From: a virus
Lineage: Duplodnaviria; Caudoviricetes
DNA length: 64,000 nucleotides
Virus record (IMG/VR): IMGVR_UViG_3300011008_000027
Span: 35,757-99,756 of that record
Direction: 5' to 3' (one strand)
Shown here one piece after another: positions 10,243 to 20,395 of this stretch (positions within the stretch are counted from its first letter, which is position 1; the number at the start of each line of letters is the position of its first letter). Made by a program: the position numbers and the translations under genes. The notes beneath the pieces are model-generated. The model saw nothing but the letters and a program-made list of their open reading frames with translations. It did no database searches and was not told where the DNA came from.

Positions 10243-11394
10243 TTAATCATCCAGATCTATTTTAAAGAAACTTTCAAGATCCTCTATATCATCAGAATCA
10301 TCAAGAAGACCTTCTTCAGCAAGTTCTCTATTAAATTCATTCATCTCATCTTCAAATGCTTCGAATGTACTCTGATCGGATTCATCTTCATAAATATCAT
10401 CGAGGTCTAAATCGAAATCAGATGGCTCATCAAATTGAAATGCTTCATCAATATCATTTTCAAAAGCACTCTCCATCGATGCATCTATCGCAAACTCTTC
10501 TATATTATAAAGTCCATCGATAACATCATCCGGATTATAATTGGGATCATAACTTTCGAGACCTTCAAGTGCATGTTCAAGGCTCGTCTCAGAACTTCTT
10601 TCTATAGCTCTTCTTCGAGCTGCTTCTCTATCTTCATCAGATACATCCATAAGGAACTCATATGCTTCTTTTGTAGAAGCAGGTATTCCATCAGCATCTA
10701 GTGTTCCATACAATATCGTTTCAGGATCAAGATAAGAGCTATCGAGAGTATTTGTAAGGTCATCAAGTTCTCCTACTGTCAAACCTTCAGTAACCTTTTT
10801 AGCTGCCAACTCTTTTCTAAGTCGACTAATTATATTACCTATTCCTCTATTATAATCAGCAAGGAATTTAATATCAGTATCACTTATGTTCATTTTATCC
10901 TGAACTATCTGACCAAACTGAATTATATCAGCCTGAGATTTAAGAGTCTTAACATAGGGTCCTATCTGCCTTTTCGCATCTCCTGCATCTATCTGACCTT
11001 TCTGGAGCTTTTCAGTTATCCTCTTCATGGCTTTAAGATGATTAGTAAATGTAGAAGATTCCTCTTTAAATACATCTGCAAGTGCTTCTACATCTGCAAG
11101 AGTTTTACATCTCTTTCTTATAAGTCTTTCTCTACTTGCAAGACATTTTTCAAGAGGCTGTCTTTTTCCAAACGGTCCGAAAGCTTCCTGAATTATTTGT
11201 TTTTCTTCATCATCTTCCGGAATTATAGAGAAATCGAATATAGCAGACTGCTCAAGAACTTCGATATCATTGAGACTTTCATCAAGATCTTCGTTTGTAT
11301 AATCAAGAGCTGATTCAATAGCCGTATAACTTTCATCTTCTATAGATTCGAGGAAATCGCTTATCTCGTTATCCAATTCTAACATATCATTCAT
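10243..11394 (-). CDS. putative inner-head protein: basic core flanked by acidic regions with many x-x-E|S/A/G sites
   Basis: AIES, IQEA, VTEG, ALEG, SMES motifs; charge segregation. Confidence 0.6.
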   Translation of the reverse strand: MNDMLELDNEISDFLESIEDESYTAIESALDYTNEDLDESLNDIEVLEQSAIFDFSIIPEDDEEKQIIQEAFGPFGKRQPLEKCLASRERLIRKRCKTLADVEALADVFKEESSTFTNHLKAMKRITEKLQKGQIDAGDAKRQIGPYVKTLKSQADIIQFGQIVQDKMNISDTDIKFLADYNRGIGNIISRLRKELAAKKVTEGLTVGELDDLTNTLDSSYLDPETILYGTLDADGIPASTKEAYEFLMDVSDEDREAARRRAIERSSETSLEHALEGLESYDPNYNPDDVIDGLYNIEEFAIDASMESAFENDIDEAFQFDEPSDFDLDLDDIYEDESDQSTFEAFEDEMNEFNRELAEEGLLDDSDDIEDLESFFKIDLDD

Positions 11395-11519
11395 AACGTC
11401 TACTCCTCCTTTATATTATTTTAAAACGAACTATTATTAATTTGTGTCTCATCCAAAAATTTATTAAATATTGCGTTAAAGTTTCAGTATTTTAATTATC
11501 TGTTTAGTTTAAGCTCTAA

Positions 11520-11531
11520 AACAACTTGGTA
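11520..11531 (+). promoter_or_regulatory. putative late promoter AACA-N6-TA
   Basis: AACAACTTGGTA upstream of 11578. Confidence 0.6.
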
Positions 11532-11577
11532 AAATTGCAATCGTTTTAGTAATTAAATTGAAAGGAGTGCATAAATT

Positions 11578-12312
11578 ATGTATTTTAATCTCGATTCATT
11601 TATTGAGTATTGCGGAACTCCCGTTTCTGAGAGTATTAGTAAATACTCATATATAGATAGAAAATGGGTTACTGTATATGAAGCAGATGATGCTAATGCT
11701 AATGCAGGTACCAATAATAATGCTAACAATACCGACAATCTCGAAGGTGGTAATAATAACGCTAATAATAATAATGATGCATCAAATGACGATAAACAAA
11801 AAAGATGCGAAGAAAAAATAAAGAATATTGAAGAGGGTACTAAAACTTGGTGGCAAGCTATAAAAGAGTTTTTTGCCAATTTATTCAAGAGTGATGCCGA
11901 GCGTAGAAGAGATAGGCGTGTTGCCTTTGTGAATAAAGCAGTAGGTGAAGTTAAAAATGGTTTGAATGAACTGTACGAAATGGGTAAAAACGAAAATGGA
12001 GAATTTGATGAAGATGGCATTGATCGAATAGGATATAAACTAAGAAACTATTTTTGGTCTATTAGAAACGCACTTTCGGGGATGATAAACGACTGGCATC
12101 TTAACCCAGACGGAACCCCTAAAAATAAAGGCGCAAATACTAATAATAACAATAATAATACCGGCACCAATAATAATAACAACAACACGAATCAAAATAA
12201 TAATAATAATCAAAACTCTAATACCTCTAATAATCAAGAAAAGAAAGAAGGCAACAGTGGAGATATACTTAAAGATAGTAATACAGCAGTTAATGCAGTT
12301 AAAAATGCTTAA
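11578..12312 (+). CDS. Asn-rich protein, distant member of the LDSF-leader / FFxNLFK family
   Basis: MYFNLDSFIE, VYE|A, WWQAIKEFFANLFKS, poly-N tracts. Confidence 0.8.
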   Translation: MYFNLDSFIEYCGTPVSESISKYSYIDRKWVTVYEADDANANAGTNNNANNTDNLEGGNNNANNNNDASNDDKQKRCEEKIKNIEEGTKTWWQAIKEFFANLFKSDAERRRDRRVAFVNKAVGEVKNGLNELYEMGKNENGEFDEDGIDRIGYKLRNYFWSIRNALSGMINDWHLNPDGTPKNKGANTNNNNNNTGTNNNNNNTNQNNNNNQNSNTSNNQEKKEGNSGDILKDSNTAVNAVKNA

Positions 12313-12387
12313 AAATAATCCTATATATCCGCATCGAAAACAAATTAGTTAATGCCTATATCGGATTTAGCGGAGGTGAAATATACT

Positions 12388-13173
12388 ATGGAAGAAAAAA
12401 TAGTTAAAAGAGCAACGGGTTGTTTTAAAGATGGCTTTGATGAAAGAGATTACATATACATGCCTGTTTGTGCTTCTCATTCTAATCTTCCTGATTCTTT
12501 TATCTTAGAGAGATTTCCAGTTAAAGACCAAGGGGATATAAATTCTTGTGTTGCACATTCATGTGCTCTTATAAAAGAGATACAAGAGTTTTATGACACT
12601 GGTAAGAAATTAGAATTTTCTGTAGGATGGATTTATGGATATAGAACTAGTGGGCAATACATGGGTGAAGGTATGTACCCTAAAGATGCTTTAAAAACTT
12701 TAATCGACTATGGAGATGTAGTTAAATCTGTATTTCCGGAAAACTTAGAATATGATGATATTCAGGGGTTAATCGATAAAAGAAAAGCGACATGCATTCA
12801 GAAAGCAAAGCCATTTGTAATTAAAGCCTATGCTCGAGTTACATCAGCAATGAATGTTAAAACAGCTATATACAATAATCATTCACCAGTAATGATTGTA
12901 GTTGATATATATGAAAATTTTTATAATATCCCTAAAACCGGTATCGTTCCTAATAGGCAGGGTTCTTGTGATGGCGGTCATGCCATGGTCATCATTGGAT
13001 GGACAAAGATAAATAATCAAGAGTACTATGTGGTACAAAACTCTTGGGGAACGAATTGGGGTGATAAAGGTTTATGTTATATTAAACCGGGAAACTCTAT
13101 TATTTCTGATCTTTTCACTTCGGTGGATAAAACAAATACTATTCAAGATATGAAGAGAATAAATTATAAGTAA
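12388..13173 (+). CDS. papain-like cysteine peptidase (family C1)
   Basis: DQGDINSCVAH (Q/C), GGHAM (H), QNSWG (N); start at ATG 12388 behind GGAGGTG. Confidence 0.92.
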   Translation: MEEKIVKRATGCFKDGFDERDYIYMPVCASHSNLPDSFILERFPVKDQGDINSCVAHSCALIKEIQEFYDTGKKLEFSVGWIYGYRTSGQYMGEGMYPKDALKTLIDYGDVVKSVFPENLEYDDIQGLIDKRKATCIQKAKPFVIKAYARVTSAMNVKTAIYNNHSPVMIVVDIYENFYNIPKTGIVPNRQGSCDGGHAMVIIGWTKINNQEYYVVQNSWGTNWGDKGLCYIKPGNSIISDLFTSVDKTNTIQDMKRINYK

Positions 13174-13200
13174 TTTAATGTGAAAGGGGTGAATTAATAC

Positions 13201-14868
13201 ATGTCAACGATAACATATAAAACTACACTTAAAACCACTAATCAGTCAGGCGATATTATGATATTGCATCCTAAGACAGTAGCAAGTCAAGTCATTACTA
13301 ATACATCTACAAATGAAACACTTACAACTAAGTTATCGGCTATTGAAGGATCTGTAACAACTGCAGTTTCAACTGCAAATACTTATACGGATACTCAAAT
13401 AAGTAATCTTCTTGGTGCAGATGTTCCGGCAGCTCTTGATACACTTAAAGAACTTGCGAATGCATTGAATAATGATGCTAATTTTTATACAACTATTACA
13501 GGACTGATTAATGGTAAAGCAGATAGTAATCATAACCATGATAGTGTCTATATTAAAAAGATAGGAGATACTTCTCTTACAGCAAACTTTGGCACTACAG
13601 GTTCTATATCTGCAGGAACGTTGACTGTAACATCCAGTGGTACTATCAATGGTAAGAATATTGCTACAGTAAGTGGGACCCCGACTAGTGGCAATATAGT
13701 CATTGCAGACGGTACTAATGGTATTATAAAAACAAGTGATTATACTATTGCTAAATCTGTACCATCAAATGCTAACTTTAATGATACTACTTATAGTGCA
13801 GGAACCGGTTTATCTTTATCGGGTACTACTATAAATCATAGTAATAGTATATCAGCAGGTACAGCTTCTGAAGGAGGAAGTGCAAGAACTCTTAATTACA
13901 GCGGTTCATTTAATATTCCTTCAATTACGTATGATGCTCAAGGACATATTACATCTACCGGATCTACGACAATTACATTGCCTGCAGTAAGTCATTATAC
14001 ATCATATCTTTATGCAGGAGCATCGACTGCTACAGCTAATCCCACAACTGCAGTTAATGATCCTTATTTAGTACTTAGAGAAAATGGAACTAATAAGACC
14101 ATTCAACTTAAAGGTGGTAGCAATGTTGCAATAAGTACAGTAAATGGTATTGTAACAATATCTTCTACTAATACTACTTATAGTGCAGGAACCGGTTTAT
14201 CTTTATCAGGTACTACTATAAATCATAGTAATAGTGTAACATCAGGTACAGCTTCTGAAGGAGGAAGTGCAAGAACACTTGCATTTGGAGGCACATTTAA
14301 TGTACCATCTGTAACATATGATGCTCAAGGTCATGTAACAGGTAAGGGAAGTGTAACACTTACAATGCCTGCTAATCCTGATACGCATTATACATCAGCG
14401 TTATTTGCTGCCGCTTCAACAACTGCTACATCACAGGCTACTACTGCTACTACAAATGCTGCAACTTATATTATTCTTAGAGAAAATAATACTAATAGGA
14501 ATAATATTAAAGTTACAGGTAGTGGTGGTACTACAGTCAGTGCTAATAGTGGTACTCTTACTATTTCATCTACAGCTTATTCAGCAGGTACGGGTATTAG
14601 TATAAGTAGTGGTTCTATAAGTAACACGGGTGTTAGATCTATTGCTACAGGAGGTACTAATGGTACTATTTCTGTAAATACAAATGGTACTTCAGCTAAT
14701 GTTGCAGTTAACGGTTTAGCTGCAGCTGCATATAAAGCAGTAGATACTTCAATTACGTCCTCTAATAAGACATCAACAAATCTTCCGACAACAGCTGCAG
14801 TAGCTAATTATGTTGATAGCCAAATTGGAGATATTGAAACTATCCTTGCTACATTAGTCACTGTATAA
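13201..14868 (+). CDS. tail fibre / fibre-like protein with internal repeats
   Basis: PAALDTLKELANAL motif, HNH metal-knot, T/S/G-rich TTYSAGTGL repeats, YDAQGH. Confidence 0.82.
   Translation: MSTITYKTTLKTTNQSGDIMILHPKTVASQVITNTSTNETLTTKLSAIEGSVTTAVSTANTYTDTQISNLLGADVPAALDTLKELANALNNDANFYTTITGLINGKADSNHNHDSVYIKKIGDTSLTANFGTTGSISAGTLTVTSSGTINGKNIATVSGTPTSGNIVIADGTNGIIKTSDYTIAKSVPSNANFNDTTYSAGTGLSLSGTTINHSNSISAGTASEGGSARTLNYSGSFNIPSITYDAQGHITSTGSTTITLPAVSHYTSYLYAGASTATANPTTAVNDPYLVLRENGTNKTIQLKGGSNVAISTVNGIVTISSTNTTYSAGTGLSLSGTTINHSNSVTSGTASEGGSARTLAFGGTFNVPSVTYDAQGHVTGKGSVTLTMPANPDTHYTSALFAAASTTATSQATTATTNAATYIILRENNTNRNNIKVTGSGGTTVSANSGTLTISSTAYSAGTGISISSGSISNTGVRSIATGGTNGTISVNTNGTSANVAVNGLAAAAYKAVDTSITSSNKTSTNLPTTAAVANYVDSQIGDIETILATLVTV
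13784..14570 (+). repeat. tandem ~387 bp (129 aa) duplication inside the fibre gene
   Basis: Near-identical ATACTACTTATAGTGCAGGAACCGGTTTATCTTTATC... at 13784 and 14171. Confidence 0.85.
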
Positions 14869-14937
14869 ATTGCTAACATTTTTATAAATTATGATTTTTA
14901 ATCATACGAACTTCTGTAAAGAAAGGAGGGCTTTAGC

Positions 14938-15492
14938 ATGCCCGATATAATTAAGCTTACACGTATGCGTAATAAAATCGGTAATGACGTAGTTGTAACT
15001 TTTCCTAAGACTACTGCAGCTCAGGTCATAGTCGGCGAGTCGAATCTTGAAGCTAAGCTTCAGACTATGGATAATGCTACAACTGCTGTTATTACTACTG
15101 CTAATGCATATACTGATACTAAGATATCAGATGTAGTTGGTGGTGCACCGAATACACTTTCTACACTTAAGGCAATTTCTGATGCTATCGCAAGTAATGC
15201 TTCATATTACCAGACGGTAAATGATTTGCTTGATACTAAGAGTGATACAACTCATGATCATGATGATGCATACCTTAAGTTGGTAGGTGGTACAGTTACA
15301 GGTGAGATATCAAGCCCGACGACTACTACATATGCAAGTCTTGAAACCGCTAATACTATAAATAAGGGACAGTTTGAAGCAAAGCTTGATGACTATGCTC
15401 TTACAACTGCTACGAGACAGACATATGCATCGGTAACACAGCCCGCAGGTCTTGCTGAAGGAGATCTTTGGCTTGAACTTGAAGAGGCGTGA
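14938..15492 (+). CDS. short fibre-like paralog 1
   Basis: FPKT..QV, GAPNTLSTL, HDH, EGDLWLE. Confidence 0.8.
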   Translation: MPDIIKLTRMRNKIGNDVVVTFPKTTAAQVIVGESNLEAKLQTMDNATTAVITTANAYTDTKISDVVGGAPNTLSTLKAISDAIASNASYYQTVNDLLDTKSDTTHDHDDAYLKLVGGTVTGEISSPTTTTYASLETANTINKGQFEAKLDDYALTTATRQTYASVTQPAGLAEGDLWLELEEA

Positions 15493-15539
15493 TAAAATTA
15501 TGATTGAATTCTTAATTAATAAGAAAGGTGGTTTTACTT

Positions 15540-16094
15540 ATGCCAGATATAATTAAACTTGCTACAATCCGTCAGAAGGTTGGCGATGATATAGTTAAAA
15601 TCTATCCGCAGACGACAGATGCACAGGTTATAGTTGGTGAGTCTAATCTTGCTGCTAAGCTTGCAACGATGGACACAGCTACAGAGACAGCTATAAACAC
15701 AGCAAATACTTATACAGATACAGCAATTACTAACCTTGTAAATGGTGCACCTGATGCATTGAATACCCTTGCTGAGCTTGCTGCAGCTATTAATGATGAT
15801 GCTAGCTTTGCATCTACAATTACTACTGCACTGGCTGGTAAGAGTGATACAACTCATGATCATGATGATGTATACCTTAAGTTGGTAGGTGGTACAGTTA
15901 CAGGTGAGATCTCTACACCGACTGCTACCGCATATGCAGATCTTGCAAATGCTAACCTTGTTAATAAGGGACAGGCTGAAACGAGATTGTCGGATTTTGC
16001 TTTGACAACCTCTCTTCGTCAGAGCTATGTTTCGACTACTCAGCCCACTACATTCAATGAGGGTGACTTGTGGTTTGAAGTAACAAGCGGCTGA
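15540..16094 (+). CDS. short fibre-like paralog 2 (recent duplicate of 14938)
   Basis: MPDIIKL start shared; GAPDALNTLAELA; near-identical DNA block at ~15238 and ~15840. Confidence 0.8.
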   Translation: MPDIIKLATIRQKVGDDIVKIYPQTTDAQVIVGESNLAAKLATMDTATETAINTANTYTDTAITNLVNGAPDALNTLAELAAAINDDASFASTITTALAGKSDTTHDHDDVYLKLVGGTVTGEISTPTATAYADLANANLVNKGQAETRLSDFALTTSLRQSYVSTTQPTTFNEGDLWFEVTSG

Positions 16095-16114
16095 TATTAA
16101 ATAAATAACAGTGT

Positions 16115-16155
16115 AATATGTTGTAGGAGCCTTAAAGTAGCTCCTACAACATATT
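16115..16155. terminator. rho-independent terminator
   Basis: AATATGTTGTAGGAGC...GCTCCTACAACATATT followed by T run. Confidence 0.75.
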
Positions 16156-16202
16156 TTTAAAGTGTTGTATTTATATTATTTAAGAAAAGTGAGGTGATAC
16201 TT

Positions 16203-16724
16203 ATGGCTAATGATATTTCATATAAGGGACGTCTCAAGAAAAAAGTAAATGATATAATTTACACGTTCCATCCAGAAACAGAAGCAGAGCAGGTTCTTTT
16301 GTCAGATGGTACTACTTTAGCTGAGAGACTCGAATCTATGTCGAGTGATACTTCTATTTTGAACGCTGCTAAAGCTTATACAGATTCTAAACTTGAAGAT
16401 CTTATAGGCGATGCTCCTGATATACTGGATACTCTTGAAGAACTTTCAAAGGCTTTGGGAGATGATAAGGATTTTTCAACTACTGTTACTAATGCATTGG
16501 CTCGTAAAGCTGATGATGATAAAGTAGTTAAGCTTACCGGATCCACGATGACAGGAGATCTTAAAATAGATCGTAATAATTATACAAATATTGATGATAC
16601 AACTTTGGTTACTAAAGCTGAAGTTGCATCTGCAATTGTTGCGGGTTCTGGAAGATTCCTTATCGGAACTACTGAACCTTCGGATCTTAGAGAAACGGAC
16701 GTTTGGTTTGAAATACAGTCATAA
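16203..16724 (+). CDS. short fibre-like paralog 3
   Basis: HPET.AEQV, DAPDILDTLEEL, DVWFEI. Confidence 0.8.
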   Translation: MANDISYKGRLKKKVNDIIYTFHPETEAEQVLLSDGTTLAERLESMSSDTSILNAAKAYTDSKLEDLIGDAPDILDTLEELSKALGDDKDFSTTVTNALARKADDDKVVKLTGSTMTGDLKIDRNNYTNIDDTTLVTKAEVASAIVAGSGRFLIGTTEPSDLRETDVWFEIQS

Positions 16725-16774
16725 TTAATATGACTATCGCATAAAAAAATAAATACTTCCTAAAAGATATAAAC

Positions 16775-16810
16775 AGGAAGCCCATGATCAATTAAGACCA
16801 CGGGCTTCCT
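16775..16810. terminator. bidirectional terminator between convergent genes
   Basis: AGGAAGCCC...GGGCTTCCT. Confidence 0.65.
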
Positions 16811-16814
16811 ATTT

Positions 16815-17360
16815 TTACTCTGTTTCATTAAACTTCTTTATCAATAAAGAACGACGATTGTTAATGGAGTCAATAAATGATTTTGGTGGTATACTATCAT
16901 CTTCATTACATATATTCGCACACTTGTTAGCAATCGGAATTATTACATCGGGATTCCATATTATTATTGACTCGCATTCCCAACCATAAAATACTTCATT
17001 TAAACCAAAATTAATCAATTCAAGACCGTCATAATCTTTCATCATCCGCTTATAGTCAATTTTATACAACGGGATTATTGATACTTGTACAATCGAAGCA
17101 TAATCCTTTATATCGGAATAATGTTCAACTCTCAGGATATTGGCATTTTCCGCAAGTTCAAACTCAAATGATTTATTAAAAGACTCGATTTTAAAACCTT
17201 CGCCCTCGCACCATTCTCTCCATCCAAACTCTGAATCCACTGCAGATGCCCATAACCCATATGGGGGTTTATTGCATACAAACCCGAGTCCATTACGATA
17301 CATTGTCACTTTAGTCGGATCGTATGTATCCGACCCATAATGGATATACCTTTTAGACAT
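16815..17360 (-). CDS. hypothetical protein, possible ADP-ribosyltransferase-like fold
   Basis: HYGS...GLWAS...YDG...E.IIIWNP; GAGGAGG RBS; early promoter at 17422-17440. Confidence 0.6.
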   Translation of the reverse strand: MSKRYIHYGSDTYDPTKVTMYRNGLGFVCNKPPYGLWASAVDSEFGWREWCEGEGFKIESFNKSFEFELAENANILRVEHYSDIKDYASIVQVSIIPLYKIDYKRMMKDYDGLELINFGLNEVFYGWECESIIIWNPDVIIPIANKCANICNEDDSIPPKSFIDSINNRRSLLIKKFNETE

Positions 17361-17566
17361 AAAAATCATCCTCCTCAATTTTAATCAATCTTATATCAAC
17401 CATGAGATATAAGATACACATATATGATATATTTTTAAAAATAACTTATGCAAATAAAAAATAATTTTCAGTGAACTAAAATATAAATAAGGTAGGGTAT
17501 TGGAATAATATAATAATATACTACCCCAATACCAACCTTCGATGAAGGTTATGTATACCAAATAAG

Positions 17567-17770
17567 CTATGCAGTTAGTGCATCAAATAAATTCTCAACA
17601 GTAACCGGTTTGCGATAGAAATTTATCATTAATATGATATTTCTTCGCTCCCAATTATTGAGCTGATTATTGACGATATCTGCAAAAATATTTGGATCGG
17701 ATTTAAAGATATTAGCTAATTGAATAGCTAATATCTTTTTATCTCTACCATACTTACTTGTATTAAACAT
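17567..17770 (-). CDS. small hypothetical protein
   Basis: AAGGAGGTGG RBS; TATATTAT upstream. Confidence 0.6.
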   Translation of the reverse strand: MFNTSKYGRDKKILAIQLANIFKSDPNIFADIVNNQLNNWERRNIILMINFYRKPVTVENLFDALTA

Positions 17771-17838
17771 AACCCATTCCACCTCCTTTCATCCATATAA
17801 ATAATATATTTTTTAAATGGATGAAAGTAAAGTCAAAA

Positions 17839-17850
17839 AACATGACTATA
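17839..17850 (+). promoter_or_regulatory. putative late promoter AACA-N6-TA
   Basis: AACATGACTATA upstream of 17888. Confidence 0.6.
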
Positions 17851-17887
17851 AATTACAATTAGCGAATATGAAAGGAGATGAGAAAGT

Positions 17888-19207
17888 ATGGCTCATTTTC
17901 TTAGTACGGAAAATTCAAATTACATCAATAAAAATATTGAAATATATACAAAAAATAAAGTTGGTCAATACTCTAAATATCTGAACTCTAATCCGATATT
18001 TGTAACTTATTATTCATTAAGTGATGCTAATATAAGAGCAGATAGTGGCTTAGGTGGAGTTGAAGAAGAAATAGGTCCTCAATCTCCATTACGATGGAAT
18101 AAAATATTAGAATTTCCATTATATAATATACCAGATTTGAAACCTCAATTACAAGATGAAGATAATGGTACAGATATAGAGTTAGACTTAAATGATATAG
18201 CTCTATTACCAAATACATTAAAACCCAAGCCAGAAGATTACTTTATAATAGATATACCGAATGTAAAACCTTTACTTTTTAGAGTAAATAGCTTCGGATA
18301 TAACAGTATTCAATCTAATGACTATTATACATTAGAAGCTGATCTATGGCATATCGGTGCTAATGCATACGATATGATTCAACCTCAAGTTATAGATGAG
18401 TATTCTTGTATATTCGAAAACATTGGTACTGATGATAAATGTTTTATTAAGAATACTGATTTGGATAAAGTATATGCTCTTGAGAGATGTATAATGGAGA
18501 TAAGAGATTGGTATACATCTATATACTATAATAAATACTTAAATTTATTCTGGCAACGATCGGGCTATATAAATAATCATTTCGAAGATGTTTGGAATTA
18601 TGACATATATCTTACACGGTTTATAAATGAATCTAAAATCTTTCAGGATGATTTTAATATAAATTCTATAGTATTAACATATGATGATAATATCCCATCG
18701 AATTTTGAATTCATGTGGAGAAAGACGTTATTCTATGCTATATTAAAAAGAGATACTTCTTTCTTAATGACCAATCTTTATAATGTAGGCAATAATATTA
18801 CCAAAAGATATAGTGTACTCAATCTCCATGGATATGATTGTAAATCTGTAAATCTTATTGACTTTAATGGTAAACTTCCTATAGGATTGAATTATAAATT
18901 GACTCTTCCTATAGAACATTATTTTTCTAATCAGCTAATTACAACATTAGTAACTGAAGATAGTAAACCAGATAGTTTGAATTATATAGAAACTATAATT
19001 TTCAATTATCTTAAAAACTTAAATAATAATATCGATATAAAGCAAATCGAAAAAGAGTTTATGAAGAATGATATAGAAAATTTTAAATTAATACCTATAT
19101 TAATTTACATATTATTTCAAATTCATTCAGATTATTTTAAGCAGGAAGATACAAAATTCTTAGATCGTAACATTAATAACTATAATCAAAAGTTTGAATT
19201 GCGATAA
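17888..19207 (+). CDS. putative virion structural protein (possibly neck/head-closure)
   Basis: 439 aa, late-type promoter, morphogenesis neighbourhood; function not recognised with certainty. Confidence 0.55.
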   Translation: MAHFLSTENSNYINKNIEIYTKNKVGQYSKYLNSNPIFVTYYSLSDANIRADSGLGGVEEEIGPQSPLRWNKILEFPLYNIPDLKPQLQDEDNGTDIELDLNDIALLPNTLKPKPEDYFIIDIPNVKPLLFRVNSFGYNSIQSNDYYTLEADLWHIGANAYDMIQPQVIDEYSCIFENIGTDDKCFIKNTDLDKVYALERCIMEIRDWYTSIYYNKYLNLFWQRSGYINNHFEDVWNYDIYLTRFINESKIFQDDFNINSIVLTYDDNIPSNFEFMWRKTLFYAILKRDTSFLMTNLYNVGNNITKRYSVLNLHGYDCKSVNLIDFNGKLPIGLNYKLTLPIEHYFSNQLITTLVTEDSKPDSLNYIETIIFNYLKNLNNNIDIKQIEKEFMKNDIENFKLIPILIYILFQIHSDYFKQEDTKFLDRNINNYNQKFELR

Positions 19208-19226
19208 AAGGAGGTTGATATACTCT

Positions 19227-19445
19227 ATGCAGAAAATAAATATTGACTCTAACGGTTACTTTAATACAGATATTAAAGCACATACAATTGAATTTACTGA
19301 TTATGAAGCTAAGAAACTTCAACGTGAAAAGTTTAATATAGATTATAAAACTAAAGATTTACAATTTGATAATTTTAATTTGAATATAGATAGATTTGAT
19401 GAAACATATAGATTTACAACGAAAGGAGATAAAAACAATGAGTAA
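19227..19445 (+). CDS. small hypothetical protein
   Basis: AAGGAGGT RBS; overlaps the next start. Confidence 0.65.
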   Translation: MQKINIDSNGYFNTDIKAHTIEFTDYEAKKLQREKFNIDYKTKDLQFDNFNLNIDRFDETYRFTTKGDKNNE

Positions 19446-20190
19446 AAAGAATCATTTACGTGGACTTGATAAGCAAATAAGAGAAAAAAGTCCTGTTATA
19501 GATAAAATATTAAGTAACTTTGATAATGATGACGACAGTGAATTCAGTGCAATTGAAAGTGCTGTTTATGGAGAAGACTCGGGTTTCGATATCAATGATG
19601 TCGAAGATATGTCATTTATACTTGAGGAATATTCTGATATAGATGACGATGACGACGATGATGATTATGACGACTACAGTGACGATGAAGAAGAAGATAA
19701 TATTGTCGAAGATATGAAGTCTGATAATTTTGATGATGAAGACGAGTTGGATTATGATGATGGAACTCATCGTTCGTCTAAAAAGAAGAAAAAGAAATGC
19801 AAAGATGATGATGAATGCGATGAAGATGACGACGATGATGATTTGTTTATGGATGAAGATGATATAGACCTCGGTTATGAGTCGGTACTTACACCGAGTA
19901 AAAAAATAAAATCACATAAACAGAAAAGTAAAAATAAAGGGAAGAAAGTCAACATTGACGATGAATTAGATACTGATCTCGATGAAGATTCCGATGATCC
20001 TGATTTGGATTATATGGATGGAGCAGAGGATTACAATTTTGAATCAACTCTTGCAGACATCGACTTTGGTGAAGTTATGAAAGCAGTAGATTTATATAAC
20101 GATGATAACATAATTGTAAAAGAATCGTTATCAGTCGTTGAAGGTATAAATGACGACTTTTATAGCTTAATCGATGATGATGATTTATAA
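19438..20190 (+). CDS. very acidic low-complexity protein with Lys patches
   Basis: Poly-D tracts, KKKKKKCK, AIES/GYES/NFES/VKES motifs. Confidence 0.8.
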   Translation: MSKKNHLRGLDKQIREKSPVIDKILSNFDNDDDSEFSAIESAVYGEDSGFDINDVEDMSFILEEYSDIDDDDDDDDYDDYSDDEEEDNIVEDMKSDNFDDEDELDYDDGTHRSSKKKKKKCKDDDECDEDDDDDDLFMDEDDIDLGYESVLTPSKKIKSHKQKSKNKGKKVNIDDELDTDLDEDSDDPDLDYMDGAEDYNFESTLADIDFGEVMKAVDLYNDDNIIVKESLSVVEGINDDFYSLIDDDDL

Positions 20191-20395
20191 TTTCCTTATA
20201 TGGATTTTGGTAACCCCCGCGAAATAATATTTTGCGTAGTATTATTTATGCGCGGTTTACACATATATGTTATATTTAATTTAATAACCTCAAGCAAATC
20301 AAATGGAATAACATTATGGGCTATTACAGTCCATAATGTTATTTCGTATTTTTTTCTTTGTGTGAATAACTACATAATGAAAAGGAGGGATCATT

